Virus record (IMG/VR): IMGVR_UViG_3300034013_000676 | Span: 13,889-77,888 of that record | DNA: 64,000 nucleotides | DNA from: a virus | Direction: 5' to 3' (one strand) | Shown here: positions 20,415 through 30,308 of the stretch, piece by piece | Layout: every line of letters begins with the position of its first letter | Position numbering within the stretch: the first letter of the stretch is position 1 | Made by a program: the position numbers and the translations under genes | The notes under the pieces: model-generated | Seen by the model: only the letters and a program-made list of their open reading frames with translations | Told to the model about the DNA's origin: nothing | The model's database searches: none

Positions 20415-20819
20415 ATGGAAACTAGAATTAATTTAAACATACAAGGGGAAGTTAATTTATTTATAAATGATAAAGTTATTTATAAAGATAATAACAGTAT
20501 AACTGGTGACAGTTTACAAATCCTTATGATGTCATTGGCCAAGGTACCAATAGAAACCCATATCGATAGGATTATAGTTAAAGGGGATTTTGATGATGTA
20601 ATTACCCCTATAACAAATTCCATTTTTAATGCAACCGAGGGTAGTATTACATTCATCGGTAAAATTGAAACATCCCAAGCTATAGGAACTATTTCTGAAT
20701 TAAACCTAAACACAAGTACACTGGATAAAAACCTGGCCACTAAGGTTGGTATGACAGTAGTAAAGAACAGCACAGTCGAAATCGAGATACGATGGAAGAT
20801 AACCATAATTAATTGTTAA
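20415..20819 (+). CDS. Putative baseplate/tail-fibre attachment protein
   Basis: AIGTISELNL...KNSTVEIEIRWKITI pattern typical of fibre-attachment domains. Confidence 0.5.
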   Translation: METRINLNIQGEVNLFINDKVIYKDNNSITGDSLQILMMSLAKVPIETHIDRIIVKGDFDDVITPITNSIFNATEGSITFIGKIETSQAIGTISELNLNTSTLDKNLATKVGMTVVKNSTVEIEIRWKITIINC

Positions 20820-20831
20820 AAACAAAGTAAT

Positions 20832-21962
20832 ATGCAAAAAGTATTTATAACATACAGAGAGAATGTAGAATCCCAACCACTTGGGGAATTACATGTAGGA
20901 TTCCTTAAACCTGGAAGATACAATGGCTTCAGAACCTTGTCAGCAGTATCGGGATTAAACCTAAGTATAGGACATGATCACCCCCAAACAGTTAAAAAGA
21001 ATGTAGCTGGGTATAATCATTTCGGGGCTATCGTAACTACAAATGGGTCTATTGTACATGAGTCAGACCCAATCAACGTTACACTAGATACAAATTTTGG
21101 TAATGAGAATGAAAGGTTTGATCTATTATTATGTGAACACCAATATGTATCAATCATTGGGGGTCAGCCAGCAACTTACACTGTTATCAAAGGAGCTTAC
21201 GATGGCTCAGTACCAATTATCCCAAACCCAGAAAAACAAGTACTGATAGGTACATTTAGGTTAGCACCAGGTGCCTACAATATTGCAACTGGTATAACCT
21301 ACACACCAGAGGTAGCTAAGTTACCTGGGGATATGACACAGGATGAATTATCCTTAGCAATAGTTGATGCTACTACTTTGGTTAAAGGCGTGGTAAGGTA
21401 TGCAACAGAAGCAGAAGCAATAGCAAGGGTTAATGACCTATTAGCTTTAACACCAATTACCTTAATGGCAATGCAGGCTACTCAAACTTTAAAAGGGGTA
21501 GCTGAGATAGCAACACCAGAAGAAGCAATAGCGGGAACAGACAATGAGAGGATAGTTACCCCTTTCTTATTAAAAGCTGGTAGAGGTAAGGTAAACCTAT
21601 CATCAACGGTTTTACCATCTGGTCCCCAGGATTTTATAGTAACACCAGAGATGGATGGTCAACACGTTATAATAAGACAGGCTTTTGGACCGGGTGGAGA
21701 AGTAGAGGTAAAAGTACCGGTTGATTTACCTCAGGGGACATCACTAACAATTGTTAATAACAGAGCGGGTGGAGACATACCAATATCCTGGTTATCACCT
21801 ACAGGTCTTAGTCTTATATACATGATAGCTGGTAAAACTGCTAGTATAAAATATGGGGGTACTGTAAATATATTATCTACTCACAATCCAAACCCAAGTG
21901 ATCCTTTGGCAATATCAATACCGACAATGTTTCTAACAGGTGACTTAGGTGATTCTGATTAA
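20832..21962 (+). CDS. Tail fibre protein with T4 gp34/gp12-type repeats
   Basis: ATTLVKGVVRYATEAE...LTP and ATQTLKGVAEIATPEEAIAGTDNERIVTP. Confidence 0.8.
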   Translation: MQKVFITYRENVESQPLGELHVGFLKPGRYNGFRTLSAVSGLNLSIGHDHPQTVKKNVAGYNHFGAIVTTNGSIVHESDPINVTLDTNFGNENERFDLLLCEHQYVSIIGGQPATYTVIKGAYDGSVPIIPNPEKQVLIGTFRLAPGAYNIATGITYTPEVAKLPGDMTQDELSLAIVDATTLVKGVVRYATEAEAIARVNDLLALTPITLMAMQATQTLKGVAEIATPEEAIAGTDNERIVTPFLLKAGRGKVNLSSTVLPSGPQDFIVTPEMDGQHVIIRQAFGPGGEVEVKVPVDLPQGTSLTIVNNRAGGDIPISWLSPTGLSLIYMIAGKTASIKYGGTVNILSTHNPNPSDPLAISIPTMFLTGDLGDSD

Positions 21963-21992
21963 TATTAAATAAAGAGAAAACAAAGATAAAGG

Positions 21993-22625
21993 CTAAGCCG
22001 GATTTAATTCCAGTTTAGCCTTTTCTATTGCGTTATTAATTTCTTTACGAAGGTTTCTTATCATCTTAATATTCTTAGCTATATTATCTAAACCAAAATA
22101 TTCAAGGATTAAATATATGGGGATATTAGAATTGGATTTAGTGATACGATTTAAAATAAACGGTGGGGGGTTTAATTGGAGATTTAATAACATAAAAGCA
22201 TTGTCTGATAATTCCTTCTTCATAAACTCGGTGGCTATATCAAGGAATAATTCACCAGTAGTAATATCTTCTTTATCTGCTATATAATTTATAAGCATAC
22301 TTTCCCCCTCTAAATCAACAGTATTAGAGTAGAAAACTCCCTCTCCAGAATAGGCTTTCCTAAGTACTCTTAATTTAAAAGTTTTAAGTGAATTTATTAA
22401 GGTACCTTTAAGATGACCTTCTTCAAGGTTATTGAAATGTTTATTGAAAACGAATATGAACTTATCGTCAAACCAGGATTCTATAATATCCCGGGTAACA
22501 CCATATCTTCTGTGGTCTATTTCGTAAGCTAACTTCTTTTTCAATGGTGTGATTTCTTTGTAGAGTTTCTCAAAAAGTTCTAGAGAGTAACCCTCTTTCA
22601 TAGGTAGTAGTCTATGGTTTTCCAT
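21993..22625 (-). CDS. Putative phage sigma-factor-like protein
   Basis: All-helical; region-2-like DIIESWFDDKFIFVFNK...LKGTLINSLK and region-4-like ELSDNAFMLL; the only credible minus-strand gene. Confidence 0.5.
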   Translation of the reverse strand: MENHRLLPMKEGYSLELFEKLYKEITPLKKKLAYEIDHRRYGVTRDIIESWFDDKFIFVFNKHFNNLEEGHLKGTLINSLKTFKLRVLRKAYSGEGVFYSNTVDLEGESMLINYIADKEDITTGELFLDIATEFMKKELSDNAFMLLNLQLNPPPFILNRITKSNSNIPIYLILEYFGLDNIAKNIKMIRNLRKEINNAIEKAKLELNPA

Positions 22626-22656
22626 TATAATGATTGAGTTTTTAATAATTAGACTA

Positions 22657-22664
22657 CAAATATA
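22657..22664 (-). promoter_or_regulatory. Host-type -7 element (TATATTTG) for the sigma-like gene
   Basis: CAAATATA on the + strand about 30 nt upstream of the minus-strand ATG; no GTGTT box. Confidence 0.6.
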
Positions 22665-22709
22665 TAAAAATAATATTAATAAAAAAAATTATTATATAAG
22701 ATACTAAAA

Positions 22710-22722
22710 ATACTATACTATC
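22710..22722 (+). promoter_or_regulatory. Tandem TACTAT motif before the replication operon
   Basis: ATACTATACTATC in the divergent AT-rich gap. Confidence 0.45.
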
Positions 22723-22753
22723 TTATATATACTAAGACAAAAACAGCTTGAAT

Positions 22754-24175
22754 ATGGGTGAAAAGATAAAATTCCAGTACACACCAGAATATCAATGGGA
22801 TTTACTCCGTTATATAGTAAATGATAAACTAGGGCATAAGGCTATCATAAAAATAAAGGACCATTACTTTACCCTGATTGAACACCAGGTTTTAGCCTAT
22901 TGCCTTATTCAATATTTTAATAAACACCATAAGACTCCGGGTGAAACGTTATTAAGGGAGGAAGTGGTTAAAACCCTTAACTCTAAAACTTATGTTGAGT
23001 TAGTAACCAAGGATGAGCAAAGTGATATAATCAAATTAATTCCTAAATTATATGAAGGAATTTTAAAAGACAGTGATGAAATCTATAATTTATGTAAGAA
23101 GTTTTCAGCTTATGTAAGGATGAGGGAATTACTTGAAGAAATAGACCCAAGAGATTGGGACCAATACGTTAAATATGCCGATAGGTTCTATAATGTAATT
23201 GAGGACCAGGATGAACAAGATGAAAGGAAAATATCATTCCTTTTTCAGGATGTAAAGGAGAGGCAGTTTAGAAGACAGGAGAATGTAACGATTATCCCAA
23301 CCCCTTTCAAACAAATAAACCAATTAACTAATGCGGGGGGGTATGAATTTGGTTCAATCATAGTAATATTAGACAAGGAGAAGAAAGGTAAAACAGCTGC
23401 ACTTGTAAATATAGCTAAAGGTTATATCCGTATGGGTAAAAAAGTCCTCTACCTTGATTATGAGAATGGTATGGACTCTATTCTTGTTAGGTTTGAACAA
23501 TCTATCATGGGATTAAACAAACGAGAAATATTAAGTGGCCAAAGCGATAGTAAGATACAAAAGAAGTTTCGTAAGTATAAGAGGGTTGGAGGAGAGGCTG
23601 TTGTCGTAAGGGTACCAGCTGGTTCAAACACAAATGAGGTACAACGAATAATAGATCAATATTATAGAGAACATGGAATAAGGTTCGATGTAATAATTGG
23701 GGATTACATCGCTAAGTCTGGTTCACTATCAAATAAAAAGGATGACACAGAAAGAATATCAGATGCCTATGAGGATTTTGCTAACCTTATACTTAAAAAC
23801 AAAATCGAAATATTATGGACAGCTAACCACGTAACAAGAGACGGTGCTAAAGCCAGATTAAGAACCAGGTATGAATCAACCGATATAGCAAAATGCATTG
23901 ATATAGTAAGGCATGTCCATGCTATTTTTGGTTTAAACAGAACCTTAGAGGAAGAAGAGAATGGTTTCTTAAGAATGGAAGTTGTAGAACAAAGGGATGG
24001 TATAAAAGGTAGAGCAGTATTTACACTTGACTCAGAAACACAAAACATGGTTGAATTAACCAAAACAGCAAGGGCTGAGTATGATGAACATTTTGCTCCA
24101 TCAATATTTGCTGAAGAGGATAATAAGACCGAAACTAAACCTGTTAGAAAAGGTAAGTCAGATGATTTTAAATAA
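22754..24175 (+). CDS. Replicative DnaB-like helicase
   Basis: Variant Walker A DKEKKGKT, VLYLDYE, VIIGDY, WTANHVTR. Confidence 0.85.
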   Translation: MGEKIKFQYTPEYQWDLLRYIVNDKLGHKAIIKIKDHYFTLIEHQVLAYCLIQYFNKHHKTPGETLLREEVVKTLNSKTYVELVTKDEQSDIIKLIPKLYEGILKDSDEIYNLCKKFSAYVRMRELLEEIDPRDWDQYVKYADRFYNVIEDQDEQDERKISFLFQDVKERQFRRQENVTIIPTPFKQINQLTNAGGYEFGSIIVILDKEKKGKTAALVNIAKGYIRMGKKVLYLDYENGMDSILVRFEQSIMGLNKREILSGQSDSKIQKKFRKYKRVGGEAVVVRVPAGSNTNEVQRIIDQYYREHGIRFDVIIGDYIAKSGSLSNKKDDTERISDAYEDFANLILKNKIEILWTANHVTRDGAKARLRTRYESTDIAKCIDIVRHVHAIFGLNRTLEEEENGFLRMEVVEQRDGIKGRAVFTLDSETQNMVELTKTARAEYDEHFAPSIFAEEDNKTETKPVRKGKSDDFK

Positions 24176-25112
24176 AGAAACCAAAGAGAAACTAAATGAA
24201 TACCTTATAAAAAAATTAGGTATGTATGATTATCGTAGGGGTTGGTTAAAAGGTGACTGCCCTGGATGTGGTAAACATAAATTTGGAGTAAATCTTTCTC
24301 AAAACAAATCTAACTGTTTTTCATGTGATTATAAACTGAAGCCGCTAGATATCGTAAAAGATATAGAGAATACTAATTCTATGGGAGAAGTATTTAATAT
24401 ACTAAACCATCTCGAGGGTATATCCTATATAGAAGAGGAAGTAGAAGCTTACCAATTAAAAACTGAAACAGTATTACCTGAAGGTTATAGGAATATAAAA
24501 AGGGGTGATTCTGTATTGGCTAAATCAGCCAGAGCTTTTGTAAAGAGGAGAGGTTTTAATATAAATAAAATGAGTAGGAAAGGGTGGGGTTATGGAACTA
24601 AGGATAAATACTTCGGTTACATAATAATGCCTTTCTATGTTGATAATAAATTGGTTTACTTTAATGCTAGATTATTTTTGGGTTCTGGTCCTAAATTTAA
24701 TAACCCAGATATAACCGAGTTCGGATTAGGTAAATCATTTATCATATACAACAAGGATGCTCTATACCTTTATAAAACTATTTGGATTGTTGAGTCAGTT
24801 ACAAATAGTGAAACAATTGGAGACAATGCTTGTGCAATGGGTGGTAAATCCTTATCTGCAGTTCAAATAAATGAGATAATCAAATCACCATGCGAAAAAA
24901 TTATAATAGGTTTAGACTTAGATGCAATAGATAAAGCCATAGCATTAGCTTTTAAGTTGGTTGAATATAAAAAAGTTAAGGTTATAGTGATGGATAGTTC
25001 TAAGGATATAAATGATATAGGTAGAAAGAAAGCTTTAAAAAAAGCATATCAATCTAGATACCTAACCTCATATAAAGAAGTTATGAAACTTAAAAATGAA
25101 TTAATAAAATGA
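24162..25112 (+). CDS. DNA primase
   Basis: Zn finger CPGC...CFSC; TOPRIM IVES, GLDLDA, KDIND. Confidence 0.85.
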   Translation: MILNKETKEKLNEYLIKKLGMYDYRRGWLKGDCPGCGKHKFGVNLSQNKSNCFSCDYKLKPLDIVKDIENTNSMGEVFNILNHLEGISYIEEEVEAYQLKTETVLPEGYRNIKRGDSVLAKSARAFVKRRGFNINKMSRKGWGYGTKDKYFGYIIMPFYVDNKLVYFNARLFLGSGPKFNNPDITEFGLGKSFIIYNKDALYLYKTIWIVESVTNSETIGDNACAMGGKSLSAVQINEIIKSPCEKIIIGLDLDAIDKAIALAFKLVEYKKVKVIVMDSSKDINDIGRKKALKKAYQSRYLTSYKEVMKLKNELIK

Positions 25113-26002
25113 ATAGAGAACCAAGTATACACATTACACAATCTAAACTTTGGCAATTAATAGCCGAATATCTAATGCGGGGATGTAATGACCCATTAAG
25201 TGAGGAAATGATTGAACAAGATACATCCGAAATGGTTGAGTTCTTAATGGTAAATGCTAAACCTTTTTCACTCGAGAAGAGAACTATAAATGTAACTAAT
25301 CAAAAGGTAGCAAAAGAAGTTGATAAAAAAGTTTCCAATGACAAATCAGGTTTCATGGAATTGGCTAAGTTAATTCTATTAGTTAGGAGGGAAATGAAAC
25401 ACAAAGGGGTAAGGATGATTGATATGAACTCACCCGAATATTCTGCTTTAAAAAGGCTAACCCAAATCGTAAACCAATTTGCTGATGATTTTAACTTGAA
25501 CTTTAAAGGAGCTGCAACAATTTACCTTCGGTTAGGATTAAGTAAAATAACCTCATTTAGAAACTATATAGGTAAATTATGTGACATGGGCGAAAGTATA
25601 TCATTGGAGTATGAAGCTAAGACAATGATTGACAATGATAAGTTTAAAAGTGAAACTCTAAGAATACACAATATCTATGTGGGTACGATTAACGTATTAA
25701 CTGGTATGAGTGATGGGTACATAGGTAATTATAGTAAATACATTGCTTTTATGAGGGTTAGAGAGTTATGTGAAAAATATAAGATATTACCCGAAACCTA
25801 TATAACCGCACAATTCGAGGGTTTAGCTTGGACTGATAACTTCCCAGAACCAGCCCAACTTGTAACTGAGAAGGCTATTGAAAGGTTAAATAAATACCTA
25901 TACAGCAAAAAGATAAAATTTGATAACGCTAATAAAACTAAAACTGATAACAGTTTGAGTAGCATCTTAAATAAGATAAAAAATGGGGAAAGGGAAAATT
26001 AA
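25109..26002 (+). CDS. Hypothetical replication-associated protein
   Basis: Long helical ORF coupled between primase and helicase. Confidence 0.55.
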   Translation: MNREPSIHITQSKLWQLIAEYLMRGCNDPLSEEMIEQDTSEMVEFLMVNAKPFSLEKRTINVTNQKVAKEVDKKVSNDKSGFMELAKLILLVRREMKHKGVRMIDMNSPEYSALKRLTQIVNQFADDFNLNFKGAATIYLRLGLSKITSFRNYIGKLCDMGESISLEYEAKTMIDNDKFKSETLRIHNIYVGTINVLTGMSDGYIGNYSKYIAFMRVRELCEKYKILPETYITAQFEGLAWTDNFPEPAQLVTEKAIERLNKYLYSKKIKFDNANKTKTDNSLSSILNKIKNGEREN

Positions 26003-27431
26003 TATCATTGTCAATAACAACAAGGCAAAATTAGAGGGTAATTACAAAATCCTTAACAGGATGTATAAAGCATTTAAGGTAAAACATCCTAATGCTTTTT
26101 ACTTAAGAAGAGGGGGACACGTAAGAGAAGGATGGGATGGTAACATTGATTATATTACTGAGTCTTATTATTTTAAACTAGGCTTACTCCCAAGTGTGGT
26201 AAAGAGACTAAGGGAAGAGGAAGGTTGTAAAGTAAATATAGTTGATAACCGACCCGATTTTAATATAATACCTAAGGTACCAACTAAAATTGGTGATTTA
26301 ACACCAAGGCCTTATCAACATGATGCAATAAGCAGTATAATCAATAATAAAATATTGGGACTACCTTTTTGGAAAGGTGTTATAGATGCCTCAACCAATG
26401 CGGGAAAAACCATGATTATGGCTGGTATATACCTTTCGTTCTATAGAAAAATACCTGCTCTTATATTAATCAAGGATGGTGACTTATTCAAACAATTCCT
26501 AAGAGAGTTTCCTGAGTTAGTAGGTAATGATGATCTGGGTTACATCCAAGGTAAAAATATTAAATGGGGAAATTTCACTATTGCTATGGTTCAAACTTTA
26601 TCACCTAAGGTTTCTCAATACAAAAATCAATTAGCTAAAATCGGTATGTTACTAGTCGATGAGGCTGATGAAGGTAATTCAAAATCCTATAAGAAAATAA
26701 TCACAGCTTGTTATAATGCTAATATATTAGTTGGGTTATCTGGTACGATTTATATGAGTAAACTCAAAAAAGACCTAACTAAAAACCTCGATTTAAAAAG
26801 TGTATTCTCAGAAGTGGTATACACTATAAATAAGAAGGACTTAGCCGAACTAGGTCACTCAACTCCAGTAGTTATAAGGATATTCCCAGGAAGTGACCTA
26901 CCCCCAGTTAAGGGTGATTGGCAAAAGGAATACCAATTACATATATCCTCAAATAAAAAAAGGGCTAAGATAGTAAGGAACCGAGTTATATTTAATGTAA
27001 AACGAGGTAGATACCCATTATTGGTAGTTGGTAAAATGCATGAGCATATCGATTTACAGTATAAGGTATTAAAGGACTCAATTAAACTCGAAACCTTTTC
27101 TATTAGGATGGTACACGGTGGAACCCCTAAAAAGGAAAGGGATTGGATATTTGAACAATTCAGAATTGGTAAGATAGACATCCTGGTATCATCATTTATT
27201 ATAAAAAGGGGTAAGAACCACCCCTTAATAAAATGTATAATTAATGCAGCTGGTTCTGACTCACAGGAAACGGTATCCCAATTAATGGGTAGGGGGGAAA
27301 GAACACATGAAAGTAAAAAGAAGTACTACATGGAAGACTTTATGGATTCTGGTTCTTATATGAGGAGACACTCTAAACATCGAGCTATTTACTACGCTAA
27401 ACATGGGTTCAAACTAATCAAAAAATATTAA
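25983..27431 (+). CDS. SF2 helicase (UvsW-like)
   Basis: PRPYQ, STNAGKT, LVDEAD, GLSGT, QLMGRGER. Confidence 0.9.
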   Translation: MGKGKINIIVNNNKAKLEGNYKILNRMYKAFKVKHPNAFYLRRGGHVREGWDGNIDYITESYYFKLGLLPSVVKRLREEEGCKVNIVDNRPDFNIIPKVPTKIGDLTPRPYQHDAISSIINNKILGLPFWKGVIDASTNAGKTMIMAGIYLSFYRKIPALILIKDGDLFKQFLREFPELVGNDDLGYIQGKNIKWGNFTIAMVQTLSPKVSQYKNQLAKIGMLLVDEADEGNSKSYKKIITACYNANILVGLSGTIYMSKLKKDLTKNLDLKSVFSEVVYTINKKDLAELGHSTPVVIRIFPGSDLPPVKGDWQKEYQLHISSNKKRAKIVRNRVIFNVKRGRYPLLVVGKMHEHIDLQYKVLKDSIKLETFSIRMVHGGTPKKERDWIFEQFRIGKIDILVSSFIIKRGKNHPLIKCIINAAGSDSQETVSQLMGRGERTHESKKKYYMEDFMDSGSYMRRHSKHRAIYYAKHGFKLIKKY

Positions 27432-27438
27432 AAACACA

Positions 27439-27446
27439 GTACTATT
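27439..27446 (+). promoter_or_regulatory. RTACTATW motif
   Basis: GTACTATT in the gap before the nucleotide-metabolism genes. Confidence 0.45.
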
Positions 27447-27472
27447 TATAAACAATTAAAAATCACAACATT

Positions 27473-27721
27473 ATGAAGTCATTACCATTTGAAGGCACAA
27501 TAAAAATAGCTGAACACCAGGAGGAATATGAAACAGTTCATGCACACTTAGGTAGAGATACTACCCATTCTCAAATACCGATAATAACTGTTTGCTTTGA
27601 ATTAAGTGAAGAGGAGAAAAAGGTAATATTAGAAACAGGTAAGATATGGTACCAACAATGTTCATTACAAATGCGACCTATGAGCTTATCAGTAATTAAA
27701 CCCGAATTAAAAGATAGATAA
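27473..27721 (+). CDS. Hypothetical protein
   Basis: ORF; IAEHQEEY...CFELSEEE...TGKIW. Confidence 0.6.
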   Translation: MKSLPFEGTIKIAEHQEEYETVHAHLGRDTTHSQIPIITVCFELSEEEKKVILETGKIWYQQCSLQMRPMSLSVIKPELKDR

Positions 27722-28104
27722 TGGCTAAGAAAAGAAAACCCCGAAAAGATATAGTAAAGAAGGTTGATTTACTAAAACCCTTAAGTTCAATTGACATACT
27801 TAAATTTGGTACAGATGAAGACCCTTGCTTTGGTAAACTTTTTGATTTAACCGAAGACCCATGTAGAAGATGTGGAGATTCCACGCTTTGTCAAATTGTA
27901 AGTAACCAAAAGACAGTAGCTAAAAGAGAAGAGGTAGAAAGTAATAATCGTTTTAAGGATTTAGAACTTGATGATTTTAAAGCTAAAGCACTAATTAAAA
28001 AATTAAGAAAAAAGAAAACAAGTGACGAGGCTATAAAAAATAAATTGGAAAGAAGGTTCGGCTATGAGCCTAAGAAAATAAAACAATTATTAAAAGGAAA
28101 GTAA
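27721..28104 (+). CDS. Basic Cys4 (putative Zn-binding) protein
   Basis: DPCFG...PCRRCGDSTLC. Confidence 0.6.
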   Translation: MAKKRKPRKDIVKKVDLLKPLSSIDILKFGTDEDPCFGKLFDLTEDPCRRCGDSTLCQIVSNQKTVAKREEVESNNRFKDLELDDFKAKALIKKLRKKKTSDEAIKNKLERRFGYEPKKIKQLLKGK

Positions 28105-29042
28105 TGGTAAATGAACAGAAGTTAATGAAGGTATTAGAGTACTCAGATTCCCAAACAGCATGGGAACATTTGAATGAGTACTTCTTAAATAACCAGGAAG
28201 AGATACTTGAAAGGGGGGGAGCTAGATATGGTCCCCAATTGGTGTCTTATGATGTAATGATACATATAAGAAAAGCTTGGGTAGATCCTAAGTTTGACTT
28301 CGGTAATACTTTCGGTTACAGGAAACAGAAATGGACATCATTGGTTAACAATTATATCAATATGAATTACCTTGATATCCTAAAGGCTGAAGTATTGGAA
28401 AAGGTAACCAAGAAAAACCAAAGCTATAACCTCTCTATGAGATTTGATAACTCACATGGTTCTGGTAAAAACTGTTTATTATCATTAACTGTATCTAAAA
28501 GGATAGGATTAGAACATCCTATATTCATCTTCAACCTTAGGTCATCTGAGATAACTAAAAGGTTATTATGGGATTTACTTCTAGTACAAAGAATAGCTGA
28601 ATATATATATGGAAATAAAGAACATATAAGTATTAAACTATTCTGTGGTAATATGTACCAAAATACAGAGTCTTTTATTATGTATAACAATCATAAAAAG
28701 ATAAAAGATGTTCTAATCCCAATGGGGACAAAAACTAATGGTAAACCTAAATACAGTCTATGGCAGGAAAGGGCTACACAGATTTTAGAGGAATTTAAAA
28801 ATGTGGACCCTAAGACTGTTAAGTTCAAGGTTCACCTTAGGTCAGTTAATCAAATACAGAGATGTAAGAATGGGCACCCTTTATCTGGTAACCGACCATT
28901 ATTAGCTAAGGAATGTATCATTGGGGAATCATTTAAAGTCCCATACCCAGAAGATTGCATCACAAGTGCAGAAAGAAAAAAATTCAAGAGGGGACACTTA
29001 AGAAAACTAAAGAGAGATGAAGACAGACAAAAGTCCAAGTAA
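28104..29042 (+). CDS. Divergent thymidylate-synthase-fold protein (paralog 1)
   Basis: KNCLL (catalytic-Cys position) and LRSSEITKRLLWD aligning with TS RSxD...N/D; N-terminal AWEHL. Confidence 0.65.
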   Translation: MVNEQKLMKVLEYSDSQTAWEHLNEYFLNNQEEILERGGARYGPQLVSYDVMIHIRKAWVDPKFDFGNTFGYRKQKWTSLVNNYINMNYLDILKAEVLEKVTKKNQSYNLSMRFDNSHGSGKNCLLSLTVSKRIGLEHPIFIFNLRSSEITKRLLWDLLLVQRIAEYIYGNKEHISIKLFCGNMYQNTESFIMYNNHKKIKDVLIPMGTKTNGKPKYSLWQERATQILEEFKNVDPKTVKFKVHLRSVNQIQRCKNGHPLSGNRPLLAKECIIGESFKVPYPEDCITSAERKKFKRGHLRKLKRDEDRQKSK

Positions 29043-29919
29043 TATCCTAAAATACATGGCTGATAAACATGATATTAATCAATTAATAAAGGACTATACT
29101 CACCCAGAAGAAGTAGTCCTTTCAGAGCTAAAACCTAAAAGGAGATTAGCTGGAATATGGCAAGGCATAGATAATTATAAAGATATGACCATGTTAGTTA
29201 AAAGGGATGTAACATTAAAAATATGTATCCCAGTATGCCCTGTAATACTTCAGGATATTACATTAGCAGATCAACCCTGGTCTGAGGCTCATTTTCAGGA
29301 AAGAGTAGGAGGTCAACCTTTAAATCCGGGTGAGTCCTATAAGATATGGCCTTATGCTAACTTCAATAAAAATACTGAGTTTAGGAAAGATGAAAAATTC
29401 GACCATAGTTATATGGAAAGGTTTTGGCCAAAGTTTGCGGGTTATGCCCAATTTGACGGTTTAGGTTTAAAGAATTGTAACGAACTAAGGGAATCAGATA
29501 ATTTAGGTATTAGGTTTAAATATGGGGATTATAATGATGTTATCCAACAATTAACCAGAAACACTCTTACAAGGCAAGCTTACCTACCTATATTTTTCCC
29601 AGAAGATACCGGAGCAAAAAACAATATAAGAGTACCATGTACATTGGGTTATTTATTTGAAATTTGGGATGGTAAATTAGATATGACCTATTACATTCGT
29701 TCATGTGACGTATTCCGTCATTTTCGTAATGATATTTATCTTGCAGGTAGATTGATACAACATACTACTAATATACTATTACTAAATGGAATAGATATTA
29801 AACCGGGTGAATTGAATATGAAGATTAATAACCTTCATGCATTCGAAAATGATATTTACGCTTTAAAACAAAAAGAGAAACGATTATGCAAAGAATTGAA
29901 AGAGAACAATATTTCATAG
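29017..29919 (+). CDS. Thymidylate synthase / dCMP hydroxymethylase-family protein (paralog 2)
   Basis: TRQAY, RVPCTLGY, YIRSCDVFRHFRND, NNLHAF. Confidence 0.88.
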   Translation: MKTDKSPSNILKYMADKHDINQLIKDYTHPEEVVLSELKPKRRLAGIWQGIDNYKDMTMLVKRDVTLKICIPVCPVILQDITLADQPWSEAHFQERVGGQPLNPGESYKIWPYANFNKNTEFRKDEKFDHSYMERFWPKFAGYAQFDGLGLKNCNELRESDNLGIRFKYGDYNDVIQQLTRNTLTRQAYLPIFFPEDTGAKNNIRVPCTLGYLFEIWDGKLDMTYYIRSCDVFRHFRNDIYLAGRLIQHTTNILLLNGIDIKPGELNMKINNLHAFENDIYALKQKEKRLCKELKENNIS

Positions 29920-30308
29920 AAATTGCTAAAATTACTGCCAAGAGATCAATCTGCCCCCGCAAACAAGTAGGGGCAGTTTTGGTTAAAGATGGGCGTATAA
30001 TAGCCACGGGGTACAATGGAGTATTACCTAAGGAAGAACATAAATTTGCTTTAAACCCCGACGGATCATCAGCTACTATACATGCTGAGGCTAACCTAAT
30101 AGCTTTTTGTGCTAAGGAGGGTATACCCACAAAAGGTACAACACTTTATACAACATTATCACCTTGTGATAAATGTGCTGAACTAATCATACAGGCCGGT
30201 ATTATTAAGGTTAATTATATTGAGGAATATAGAGATTTAACCGGGGTAATTACATTGGTAAATAATGATATTGATATAAACCTTAAATGGGGAAAAAATG
30301 AAATCTGA
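29886..30308 (+). CDS. dCMP deaminase
   Basis: RSICPRKQVGAV, ATGYNG, HAEAN, SPCDKC. Confidence 0.93.
   Translation: MQRIEREQYFIEIAKITAKRSICPRKQVGAVLVKDGRIIATGYNGVLPKEEHKFALNPDGSSATIHAEANLIAFCAKEGIPTKGTTLYTTLSPCDKCAELIIQAGIIKVNYIEEYRDLTGVITLVNNDIDINLKWGKNEI

Noticed and set aside
14905-21962. Diversity-generating retroelement or invertible fibre locus
   Set aside because: No reverse transcriptase, invertase or template/variable repeat pair visible.
28104-29919. One TS gene broken by a frameshift or intron
   Set aside because: Each ORF carries its own Cys and RS motifs over ~300 aa, so they are paralogs, not halves.
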